DNA from: Reyranella sp.
Lineage (GTDB): Bacteria; Pseudomonadota; Alphaproteobacteria; Reyranellales; Reyranellaceae
Assembly (NCBI GenBank): GCA_036493235.1
Contig: DASXQC010000192.1
Span: 332 to 64,331, forward strand
DNA length: 64,000 nt
Direction: 5' to 3'
Every line of letters starts with the position of its first letter. Position 1 is the first letter of the stretch. This document shows, in pieces, positions 18,324 to 26,203 of this stretch. Under the pieces are notes generated by a model, which did not search any database, was not told the DNA's origin, and saw only the letters and a list, made by a program, of their open reading frames with translations. Both the position numbers and the translations under genes were made by a program.

Positions 18324-19967
18324 ATGAGTACCGCTTCCAACGCCCATCGCATCGGCATCGGTACCGTTCAATTCGGCACGATCTACGGCATCTCCAACCT
18401 GCTCGGACAGGTGCCCCGGCCAACCGTGGCGGACATCCTGCATACCGCCCGCGAGGCCGGAATCCGCCTACTGGATACCGCAGCGACGTACGGCGAATCA
18501 GAGGAAGTGCTCGGCCAACTGATGCCGAAGGACTCGGACTTTCAGATCACAACCAAGACGACAACTAGCGCGATCGGCATCACGGGCGTGGTCGACCGCG
18601 CCCGCGAATCGCATCGCATCCTTGGCGGCCGGCCGATCCATGGCCTGCTGGTACATTCGGTTTCCGATCTGCGCTCGAACAATGGGCCTGAGCTGTGGGC
18701 AGCGCTGCAGGGCCTGCGCGACGAAGGGCTGTTCTCGCGCCTCGGCATCTCGGCCTACGGCTCCGACGATCCCGTCGATCTCGCGCAACGCTACCGGCCG
18801 GACATCATGCAGCTGCCGGTGAGCGTGCTCGATCAGCGGCTGGTGCAGAGCGGCGTTCTTCGCCGGTTGAAGGATCTGGGCGTCGAGGTCCATGCCCGCT
18901 CGCTGTTCCTGCAGGGCGCGATCTTCCTCAAGCCGTCGGCGCTGCCGCTCGGCCTAGCCCACGTGCGGCCCCAGCTCGAGGCGTTCCATGCGCACCTGAT
19001 GGAGGTCGGCATCTCGCCGGTCGAGGCCGGCATTGGCTACCCGCTGTCGATCCCGGAGATCGACCGGGCCGTGGTCGGCATCAGCTCGGTCCAGGAAATG
19101 CAGCAAATCCTGGCGGCCGCAGCGCGGGACACCGCCTCGATGCCGTGGGATTCGCTCACCGTCGACGACGAGGTGCTGCTCGATCCGCGCCTGTGGGTCT
19201 CCAACCAAGAATTCCGCGCCAGCAGCGCGGCCGCCAAGACCGGCCGACCGACGGTCATCGCCATCGTGCAGGCGCGCATGGGCTCTAGCCGCCTACCGGG
19301 CAAGGTGCTGAAGCCGATCATGGGCCGGCCGATGCTGGGCCGCCATCTCGACCGGCTGCGGCGCTGCAAGATGATCGACCGCCTGATCGTCGCGACCAGC
19401 GTCGAGAAAAGCGACGACGTGATCGCTGCCTTCTGTGCCAGCGAGGACATCGCCTGTTACCGCGGGCCGCTGGACGACCCACTAGCGCGGTACGAGGGCG
19501 CCGCGCGCGAGAACGACCCGGTCGACCATATCGTGCGTCTGACCGGCGACTGCCCACTGGCCGATCCCGAGGTGATCGATGCAGTGATCAAGACCCACCT
19601 CTCCGGCAACTACGACTATTCGGCCAACACCATCGAGCCGCGCTATCCCAACGGTCTCGACGCCGAGATCATGACGCGCGCAGCGCTGCGCCTGATGGCG
19701 GCCGAGGCGTCAAGCGCCTACGAGCACGAGCACGTCACGCCATTCCTCTACACGCAGCCGACCCGCTTCAAGCTCGGTAGCGTCGAGAACAAGGTCAATC
19801 AGAGCCACATGCGCTGGACCGTCGACACGGAGGATGACTTCCGGATGGTCGAAGCGGTCTACCGCGAGCTGTTGCCGACCAACGAGCAGTTCGCCTCGGC
19901 CGACATCGTCGCGCTACTGGAGCGGCGGCCCGACATCGCCGCCATCAACCAGCGCCCCCAAAGCTAG
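18324..19967 (+). CDS. Fusion of an aldo/keto reductase and an SpsF-type ulosonate cytidylyltransferase
   Basis: N-terminal IGTVQFG, DTAATYG, TK and LVH (AKR tetrad) and ARSLFLQG; C-terminal IVQARMGSSRLPGKVL, RLTGDCPL, EHVT and RWTVDT; continuous ORF of 547 aa. Confidence 0.88.
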   Translation: MSTASNAHRIGIGTVQFGTIYGISNLLGQVPRPTVADILHTAREAGIRLLDTAATYGESEEVLGQLMPKDSDFQITTKTTTSAIGITGVVDRARESHRILGGRPIHGLLVHSVSDLRSNNGPELWAALQGLRDEGLFSRLGISAYGSDDPVDLAQRYRPDIMQLPVSVLDQRLVQSGVLRRLKDLGVEVHARSLFLQGAIFLKPSALPLGLAHVRPQLEAFHAHLMEVGISPVEAGIGYPLSIPEIDRAVVGISSVQEMQQILAAAARDTASMPWDSLTVDDEVLLDPRLWVSNQEFRASSAAAKTGRPTVIAIVQARMGSSRLPGKVLKPIMGRPMLGRHLDRLRRCKMIDRLIVATSVEKSDDVIAAFCASEDIACYRGPLDDPLARYEGAARENDPVDHIVRLTGDCPLADPEVIDAVIKTHLSGNYDYSANTIEPRYPNGLDAEIMTRAALRLMAAEASSAYEHEHVTPFLYTQPTRFKLGSVENKVNQSHMRWTVDTEDDFRMVEAVYRELLPTNEQFASADIVALLERRPDIAAINQRPQS

Positions 19968-20000
19968 ACCGCTTTTCGCCACAGCCAAACCGGAACTCTC

Positions 20001-21128
20001 GTGGCGCACATCGTTCATGTCCTGAAGTGGTATCCACCGTCGATCGGCGGCATCGAGCGCGTCGCCGAGTTCTGTGCCGACGCCGCGCGCAGCGCTGGCC
20101 ACAAGGTGACGGTGATCGTCTGCGAAAAGGGCGCGGAGAGGGCCGGCCGCAGCATCACGCCGACCGGCGTGGTCGTGCATCGCCTGAAGAGCCTCGGCAT
20201 CCTGTTCTCGATGCCGATCGCGCCTGCCCTGCCGTTCGCGCTGATCCGCTGGCTGTACAAGGCCGACCTCGTGCACTTCCACGAGCCCTACCCGGCGGCG
20301 ACGCTGTCGATGCTGCTGCTGCCTCGGCCACGCAAGCTGGTGATCACCTGGCATGGCGACATCCTGCGGCAGAAGCGGCTCAAACGTTATGCCGAATGGT
20401 TCCAGGACCGGCTCGCCAGGCGTGCCGACGCCATCCTCACTACATCCGAGCGCATGGCGCCCGGCTCGCCGGTGCTGGCGCGCAACGCCGACCGCATCCG
20501 CATCATGCCCTTCATGATCGACACGGTGCCGTTCGACGCCTTGCGTGGGCAGACCGATCGCATCGCAGCAACGCGCAAGCGCTGGGGTGGCCGCTTTGCC
20601 TTCGCCTGCGGACGGCTCATCCCCTACAAGGGCTACGAGGTGCTGGTCGATGCCCTCGCCGGCACCGACCTGCGGGTGGTGGTCGTGGGAGATGGCCCGT
20701 TGCGCGAGGCGTTGCTGGCGCAGGCTAAGACGCGCGGCGTCAGCGACCAGATCGCGTGGGCCGGCGCGGTCGACAATGAAACGGTGTGCGATCTCCACTG
20801 CGCCTGTGAATTCCTGGTCTTCCCGTCAGTCACGCAGGGCGAGGCGTTCGGCCTGGTCCAGCTCGAGGCAATGGCCGCCGGGCGCCCGGTGGTCAACACT
20901 TGGTTGCAGACCAGTGTGCCCGCCGTCAGCCTGGACGGGGTGAGCGGCCTCACCGTCCAGCCGCGCGATCCGACGGCGCTGAGGGAAGCCATGCTGAAGC
21001 TCTGGAACGACACGGAATTGCGTGAACGCCTGGGCGCCGGCGCTTTGACTCGCATCCGAGAAGTCTTCGAGCACAGCAAAGTGCTGGGCAGACTGCTCGC
21101 GTTTTATGATGATATTCTCGCTGGTTAG
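20001..21128 (+). CDS. GT4 glycosyltransferase
   Basis: YPPSIGGIE, GRLIPYKG and EAFGLVQLEAMAAGRPVV motifs. Confidence 0.9.
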   Translation: MAHIVHVLKWYPPSIGGIERVAEFCADAARSAGHKVTVIVCEKGAERAGRSITPTGVVVHRLKSLGILFSMPIAPALPFALIRWLYKADLVHFHEPYPAATLSMLLLPRPRKLVITWHGDILRQKRLKRYAEWFQDRLARRADAILTTSERMAPGSPVLARNADRIRIMPFMIDTVPFDALRGQTDRIAATRKRWGGRFAFACGRLIPYKGYEVLVDALAGTDLRVVVVGDGPLREALLAQAKTRGVSDQIAWAGAVDNETVCDLHCACEFLVFPSVTQGEAFGLVQLEAMAAGRPVVNTWLQTSVPAVSLDGVSGLTVQPRDPTALREAMLKLWNDTELRERLGAGALTRIREVFEHSKVLGRLLAFYDDILAG

Positions 21129-21214
21129 CGGCCTGCCGCCTTGGCCTCTGAATCGCCGTATGATATTTGAGGTCAGGATTTCAGCGCAATTTCGCAATCC
21201 ACCTTGGCAGCCCG

Positions 21215-22105
21215 TTGACCGCGCACATCTTCACGATCGACGTCGAGGACTGGTTCCACATCTCGGACCTCGATAACACGCCCCTCGTCGGTACGTGGCA
21301 CGAATACGAATCGCGCATCGAACGCAACCTGCGCGACCTGCTTGACCTGCTCGACAGCCACGGTGTGAAGGTGACCTGCTTCTTTCTCGGCTGGATCGGC
21401 GAGAAGTTTCCGGGGCTGGTGCGCGAGACGGCCGAGCGCGGCCACGAGGTCGCGAGCCACGGCTACGCACACGAGTTGGTCTATGAGATCACGCCCGAGG
21501 CGTTCCGCGCCGACATCCGCCGCGCCAAGCAGATCCTCGAAGGCTGCTTCGGCGGCGCTGTGCAAGGCTATCGCGCGCCGGGCTTCTCGATCACGCCGCA
21601 GACGCCCTGGGCTTGGGACATCCTTGCTGGGGAAGGCTATCGCTACGACAGCTCGGTGTTCGCATCGACCCGCAGCTTCGGCGGCGACCCCAACGCGTAT
21701 CCCAAGCCGCATGTCCGGCCGTCGGGTAAGACAGAGGGCGGCAAGTCCGGCGTTGTCACTCTGCCGCTCCGGCCGGGGCGCGTCTTCGGCAAGTCTCTGA
21801 TCTTCTCAGGGGGTGGATATCTGCGCCTGCTGCCGACCTCGATGATCACCTTCCTCGCCGACCGCCTTGCACGGTCCGATGCGCCGATCATCTACTATAT
21901 CCATCCGCGCGAGATCGACATCGAGCAGCCGCGCCTGCCCATGCCGTTCAACCGCCGCTTCCGCTCTTACGTCAATCTGTCGTCGACGCGTGGCAAGATC
22001 GAAGCCCTGTGCCGGCGCTACGCATTCGAGCGCATGATCGACTGGGTGGAAGCCAACGAGACCAGGCTGCCGACGCTTTCCGGCCAGACGCACGCCCCCC
22101 CCTGA
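21215..22105 (+). CDS. Polysaccharide deacetylase (CE4, with DUF3473-like C-terminus)
   Basis: TIDVEDWFH, HEVASHGYAH, GYRAPGFS, YDSS, GGGYLR and YIHPREID motifs; TTG at 21215 is the likely start. Confidence 0.88.
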   Translation: MTAHIFTIDVEDWFHISDLDNTPLVGTWHEYESRIERNLRDLLDLLDSHGVKVTCFFLGWIGEKFPGLVRETAERGHEVASHGYAHELVYEITPEAFRADIRRAKQILEGCFGGAVQGYRAPGFSITPQTPWAWDILAGEGYRYDSSVFASTRSFGGDPNAYPKPHVRPSGKTEGGKSGVVTLPLRPGRVFGKSLIFSGGGYLRLLPTSMITFLADRLARSDAPIIYYIHPREIDIEQPRLPMPFNRRFRSYVNLSSTRGKIEALCRRYAFERMIDWVEANETRLPTLSGQTHAPP

Positions 22106-22114
22106 GCTGCGCCC

Positions 22115-23839
22115 ATGTCGCAAGCGCTGTCCCTCGAGAAGCCGCCCGCCGAGCGCAGGGACGCAACGCCGACCCGCACCGTGTGCCTGCTGTCGAGCGC
22201 CAACTGGGACATCCATCTGCGTCGATTGTCGGATGTCTGCTCGGCGAGCGCCGGTGTCGCGACCAAATTCCAAGCGCCGCCGTTCGGCCAGTATCGCATC
22301 CTGCTGAACGAAGAGGCCTCTGAGCTACGACGGAGCAAGTTCGACTTCTACGTCTTCGCCGAGCGGATCGAGGACTTCGCCGGCCCCTTCCAGACGCTCG
22401 ATGCCTCGGCGATCGCCACGATCCGTGAAAAGTTTGCCAACTATCTCGCCGAGATCCGCCATTTCCGCGAGCTACTGGGCGGCCGGTTCCTGGTGAACAA
22501 CTTCGCGCCCGTGCGCCCTTTCTCCGCGACGATCGCCGAGCAAACCGGCGCGGCGCTGGGCATTGAGCGGCTGGTGGCCGAGATGAACGTCGAGTTGGTC
22601 GCGATCCTGAGCGGCCTCCCTGACACGCAGGTCGTGCCGGTCTCGTCGGTGGTCACCGATCTCGGCCGCGTCGCCTGCGATCCCGGCAAGTATTGGCTGA
22701 TCGCCCGCGTGCCGTTCGCGCGTGCCTTCTCCGAGCCTTATGCGCGGCTGATCGCTGGCATCATGATGGCGCAGACCGGCAAGACGGCACGGGCGCTCGC
22801 GATCGACCTCGACAACACCCTGTGGGGTGGTGTGGTCGGCGACGACGGCGTCGCGAACCTGAAGCTCGGCACCGATCATCCGGGCAACCAGTTCCTCGCC
22901 GTCCAGGGCGTACTGAAGGCTCTCGGCCGCCGCGGCATACTGCTTACGCTGGTCAGCAAGAACACCGAAAGCGTGGCGCTCGAGGCGATCCGCGGGCTGG
23001 GCGCGATGGTGCTACACGAGAAGGACTTCGTCGCCTGGCGCATCAACTGGGATCCCAAATCGATGAACATCGACGCGCTGGCTCGCGAGCTCGATCTCTC
23101 GACCGGCTCGTTCCTGTTCGTCGACGACAATCCGGTCGAGCGCGCGGAAGTCGGCGAGAATGTCGACGGCGTGGTGGTACCCGACCTGCCGGGCGATCCA
23201 TCGGAATGGCTGCGCACCCTGCTCGCCCATCCGGCACTGACGACGCTTGCGCTGTCGGCTGAGGATCTGAACCGAGCGCGCAGCTACGAGGTGCGCCGCG
23301 ACATCCGGGCCACCGCGGTCCATCCCGGTGGGCGCGAGGCCTTTCTGCGCAGCCTCGGGCTCGCGCTCGAGATGCGTCGACTTGATGCCAGCACGCAGCT
23401 GCGCATCAATCAGCTATTCGCCAAGACCAACCAGTACAACACCACCAGCCGGCGTTACTCCGAGCGCGATCTCAAGGAGCTGGTCGCCGCCGGCCACGAC
23501 GTGTCGGCAATCCGCGTCATGGACAAGCACGGCGCGGACGAGATCGTCGGCGCCGTGGTGGTGCGCTACGACGGGCCGGCCGCCACGGTCGACAACTTCG
23601 TCATGAGCTGCCGCTTGCTCGGCCGCGGCGTCGAGACCGCGACGTTGGCGGTGATCTGCGAGCGCGCCACCGCGCAAGGCTGCATGACACTGGGCGGCGC
23701 CATCGTCGAGACGCCGCGCAACGAGCCGTGCCGCAAGCTTTACGCCGATCATGGCTTCACCGCGCTGGGCGACGGCCGGTTCAGCCTCGACCTCGCCCAG
23801 CCGATCGCTCGTCCCGCCTGGTTCGAGATCCGAGCATGA
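22115..23839 (+). CDS. FkbH-like HAD-IIIC protein (glyceryl-ACP synthase type)
   Basis: DLDNTLWGG, SKN, INWDPKS, FVDDNPVER, QLFAKTNQYN and MSCRLLGRG motifs. Confidence 0.9.
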   Translation: MSQALSLEKPPAERRDATPTRTVCLLSSANWDIHLRRLSDVCSASAGVATKFQAPPFGQYRILLNEEASELRRSKFDFYVFAERIEDFAGPFQTLDASAIATIREKFANYLAEIRHFRELLGGRFLVNNFAPVRPFSATIAEQTGAALGIERLVAEMNVELVAILSGLPDTQVVPVSSVVTDLGRVACDPGKYWLIARVPFARAFSEPYARLIAGIMMAQTGKTARALAIDLDNTLWGGVVGDDGVANLKLGTDHPGNQFLAVQGVLKALGRRGILLTLVSKNTESVALEAIRGLGAMVLHEKDFVAWRINWDPKSMNIDALARELDLSTGSFLFVDDNPVERAEVGENVDGVVVPDLPGDPSEWLRTLLAHPALTTLALSAEDLNRARSYEVRRDIRATAVHPGGREAFLRSLGLALEMRRLDASTQLRINQLFAKTNQYNTTSRRYSERDLKELVAAGHDVSAIRVMDKHGADEIVGAVVVRYDGPAATVDNFVMSCRLLGRGVETATLAVICERATAQGCMTLGGAIVETPRNEPCRKLYADHGFTALGDGRFSLDLAQPIARPAWFEIRA

Positions 23840-24300
23840 CCGCCGTTCCCCCGGACCTGGCGCCGGGCCTCCTTGCGCGGCTCGGCGTGCTGGGCGTCGA
23901 CCACGTCGCGGTGACGACCCGCCGCTTCGAGGAGACGCTGGCCGACTATCTCTCGAAGCCCGGCGCGGAGCTCGCCAAGGGCCCAGGCTGGAACCCGACG
24001 CAGAAGGTCGACTACGCCTTCGTCGTCATGGGCGGCAGTCTCACCGTCGAGATCCTCGGCCTGAAGGAAGGCGTGGCCTCGCCGATCGAGCAGCATGTTC
24101 GGCGCGGCGGTGGCGCCCATCACCTGTGCTTCCTCGTCGCCGATATCAATGTGGCGCTCGCCGAAGTGAAGGCGGCGCGCGGCATGGTCGTACTGAAGCC
24201 AACGCCCGACATCGCCTTCGCTGGCAGGCGGATTGCGTTTTTCATGCATCGGGCGCACGGCCTGGTCGAGCTGGTCGAAGCCGAGAAGCGGGAGCACTGA
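23836..24300 (+). CDS. VOC family protein (methylmalonyl-CoA epimerase-like)
   Basis: DHVAV, Q, VE, HHLCF and VELVE metal-binding pattern; ATGA overlap with FkbH. Confidence 0.8.
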   Translation: MTAVPPDLAPGLLARLGVLGVDHVAVTTRRFEETLADYLSKPGAELAKGPGWNPTQKVDYAFVVMGGSLTVEILGLKEGVASPIEQHVRRGGGAHHLCFLVADINVALAEVKAARGMVVLKPTPDIAFAGRRIAFFMHRAHGLVELVEAEKREH

Positions 24301-24304
24301 GGGA

Positions 24305-24544
24305 ATGACGACCACGCTCGATCGCGTCCGCAAGATCACCGCCCGTGAATTCAACGTCGACGCCGCCTCCCTGACCGCGGACAGCGGCGACGCCGACGTG
24401 TCGGGCTGGGACTCGTCCACCCACCTCGTGCTGATGATGGCGCTGGAAGACGAGTTCGGCGTTTCCTTCGTGCTCGACGAGGTCACGGAGCTGACCTCTA
24501 TCGGCTCCATTGCCGACGCCATCGATGCCCGAATCGGCCAGTAG
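24305..24544 (+). CDS. Acyl carrier protein
   Basis: 79 aa acidic protein with GWDSSTHL (phosphopantetheine Ser) and LEDEFGV; GAGGGA RBS upstream. Confidence 0.9.
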   Translation: MTTTLDRVRKITAREFNVDAASLTADSGDADVSGWDSSTHLVLMMALEDEFGVSFVLDEVTELTSIGSIADAIDARIGQ

Positions 24545-25634
24545 ACCGCGTAGCGCGCCGCCCCCCTCACGGGTCGTCGCCAGTCCCTTCGACGATGCGG
24601 TGCTTGCAGGCTATCTCGAGCTGTCCGGCCGCCACTATGGCGCCGAGTCGCGCAGCGCCCACGAAGCCCACGCCCGGTGGAAGCTGCAAACACCACCCGC
24701 CGGGCTGGCTATGCATTTCGGCCTGTCGCGCGAGGGTGCCGGCATCGGCCGCATCCTGCTGCAGCGGCGCGATTTGCGGCTAGGTGATCGCCGGCTGCGG
24801 GCGGGTTATACGGTCGACTTCCTGGTCGACGCTGAGTCAGCCCAGGCGACGGACGCGCTGAAGCTCATCGGCGCGGTGCCGAAAGCCGCCAGCTTCGACC
24901 TCGTCTACCAAACCTACAACGAGCGCTCGGCGCCGCTCTACCAACAGATCAAGCGGTTCTTTCCCAACTACGTCGAGCGGTTCAGCCTGCTGCCGTTCGG
25001 CCTGCCGCTGCGCGCAAAACGGCCGCTCGCCAGCCTCGCCAAGCTCGACCTGCCGGGCATCGATCTCCTCAGCCTGCCGTTGCGGCTCGGGCTCTCGGCC
25101 TACGCCGCCACCGGCCGCATCGAGGCGACCGCCGAACCGCCCGCCGAAGCCGAGCTCACCGGCCTGCTCGACCGCTTCGCCGCGAGCGTCGGCCTGCACA
25201 GCGTGCGCGACCCGGCGGTCCTGCGATGGCGCTTCGCCGAGGGGCCGTTCTTCAACGGCCGCGTAGTCTACTTGCGCCGCGGCGGTCGGCTGGTCGGCTA
25301 CTACGTCACCACCGTCACCGAATTCTCCGGCGCCAAATTCCTCGCCCTGATGGATGCCGTGGTTGACCCGGATGAGGGTGCCGCAGGCGTCAGGGCCATC
25401 AGACGGCGGGCGCTGGCCGATGCCCTCGCCGCGGGCTGTGACATCCTGTTTGCGATGTTTAACCCTCAGTCGCCACTAGCCCAGCGGTTCATCGGCTTCC
25501 CGTTCTTGCCGCTGCCGCAGCGTTTGATGAAGCATCCGACGCCGATCTTCGTGATCGACGTCGATCCTTCGCTGGCGGATGTGGCGGCGCGCAGCGACGG
25601 CTACTTCCTGCTCACCGACCTCGACTATTTCTAG
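24525..25634 (+). CDS. Probable GNAT-fold acyltransferase
   Basis: ARWK, YTVDFLVD, NERSAPLY and VRDPAVLRWRF segments resemble tandem-GNAT proteins found next to ACPs in glycan loci; overlaps the ACP end and abuts the next gene; start uncertain. Confidence 0.5.
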   Translation: MPESASRPRSAPPPSRVVASPFDDAVLAGYLELSGRHYGAESRSAHEAHARWKLQTPPAGLAMHFGLSREGAGIGRILLQRRDLRLGDRRLRAGYTVDFLVDAESAQATDALKLIGAVPKAASFDLVYQTYNERSAPLYQQIKRFFPNYVERFSLLPFGLPLRAKRPLASLAKLDLPGIDLLSLPLRLGLSAYAATGRIEATAEPPAEAELTGLLDRFAASVGLHSVRDPAVLRWRFAEGPFFNGRVVYLRRGGRLVGYYVTTVTEFSGAKFLALMDAVVDPDEGAAGVRAIRRRALADALAAGCDILFAMFNPQSPLAQRFIGFPFLPLPQRLMKHPTPIFVIDVDPSLADVAARSDGYFLLTDLDYF

Positions 25635-26198
25635 ATGCTGAAGCGCGCCTTCGATCTCGTGGTCATCCTGGGCGCCGCCGTGCCGATCCTTGCGGTGTGC
25701 CTGATCGTGGCCGCCCTGGTGAAGGCCACCTCGCCCGGACCAGTCCTCTACTGGTCCGACCGGGTGGGCATGCGCGGCCGCATCTTCCGCATGCCCAAGT
25801 TCCGCACCATGAGGACCGACACGCCTGTAGTCGCAGCGCACCTACTGCCAAATCCGGCACAATGGATCACGCCAATCGGCGGCTTCCTGCGCTCCTCCAG
25901 TCTGGACGAACTGCCACAGCTCTTGAGCGTCCTGCTCGGCGATATGAGCCTCGTCGGCCCCCGTCCGGCTCTCTACAATCAAGCTGACTTGGTGACGGCG
26001 CGCAAGTCTTGCGGGGTCGATGCGCTGCCGCCGGGCATCACGGGATGGGCCCAAATCAACGGCCGGGACGCGCTGCCAATTCCTCAGAAAGTAGCCTTCG
26101 ACTACGAGTACCTGCAACGGCAGTCCTTCGGCTTCGACCTCAAGATATTGTTGCTGACTGTGGTGACTGTCATGTTGCGGAAAGGGGTTAGCCACTAG
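25635..26198 (+). CDS. Initiating phosphoglycosyltransferase (Bac_transf, small PglC-like)
   Basis: KRAFD, KFRTM, LRSSSLDELPQL, GDMSLVGPRP and PGITGWAQINGR motifs. Confidence 0.93.
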   Translation: MLKRAFDLVVILGAAVPILAVCLIVAALVKATSPGPVLYWSDRVGMRGRIFRMPKFRTMRTDTPVVAAHLLPNPAQWITPIGGFLRSSSLDELPQLLSVLLGDMSLVGPRPALYNQADLVTARKSCGVDALPPGITGWAQINGRDALPIPQKVAFDYEYLQRQSFGFDLKILLLTVVTVMLRKGVSH

Positions 26199-26203
26199 TC
26201 GAC

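Noticed and set aside
12465-22105. PEP-CTERM/exosortase system suggested by the FemAB-like GNAT and CE4 deacetylase
   Set aside because: No exosortase or PEP-CTERM-tailed protein in the window; these families also occur in ordinary glycan loci
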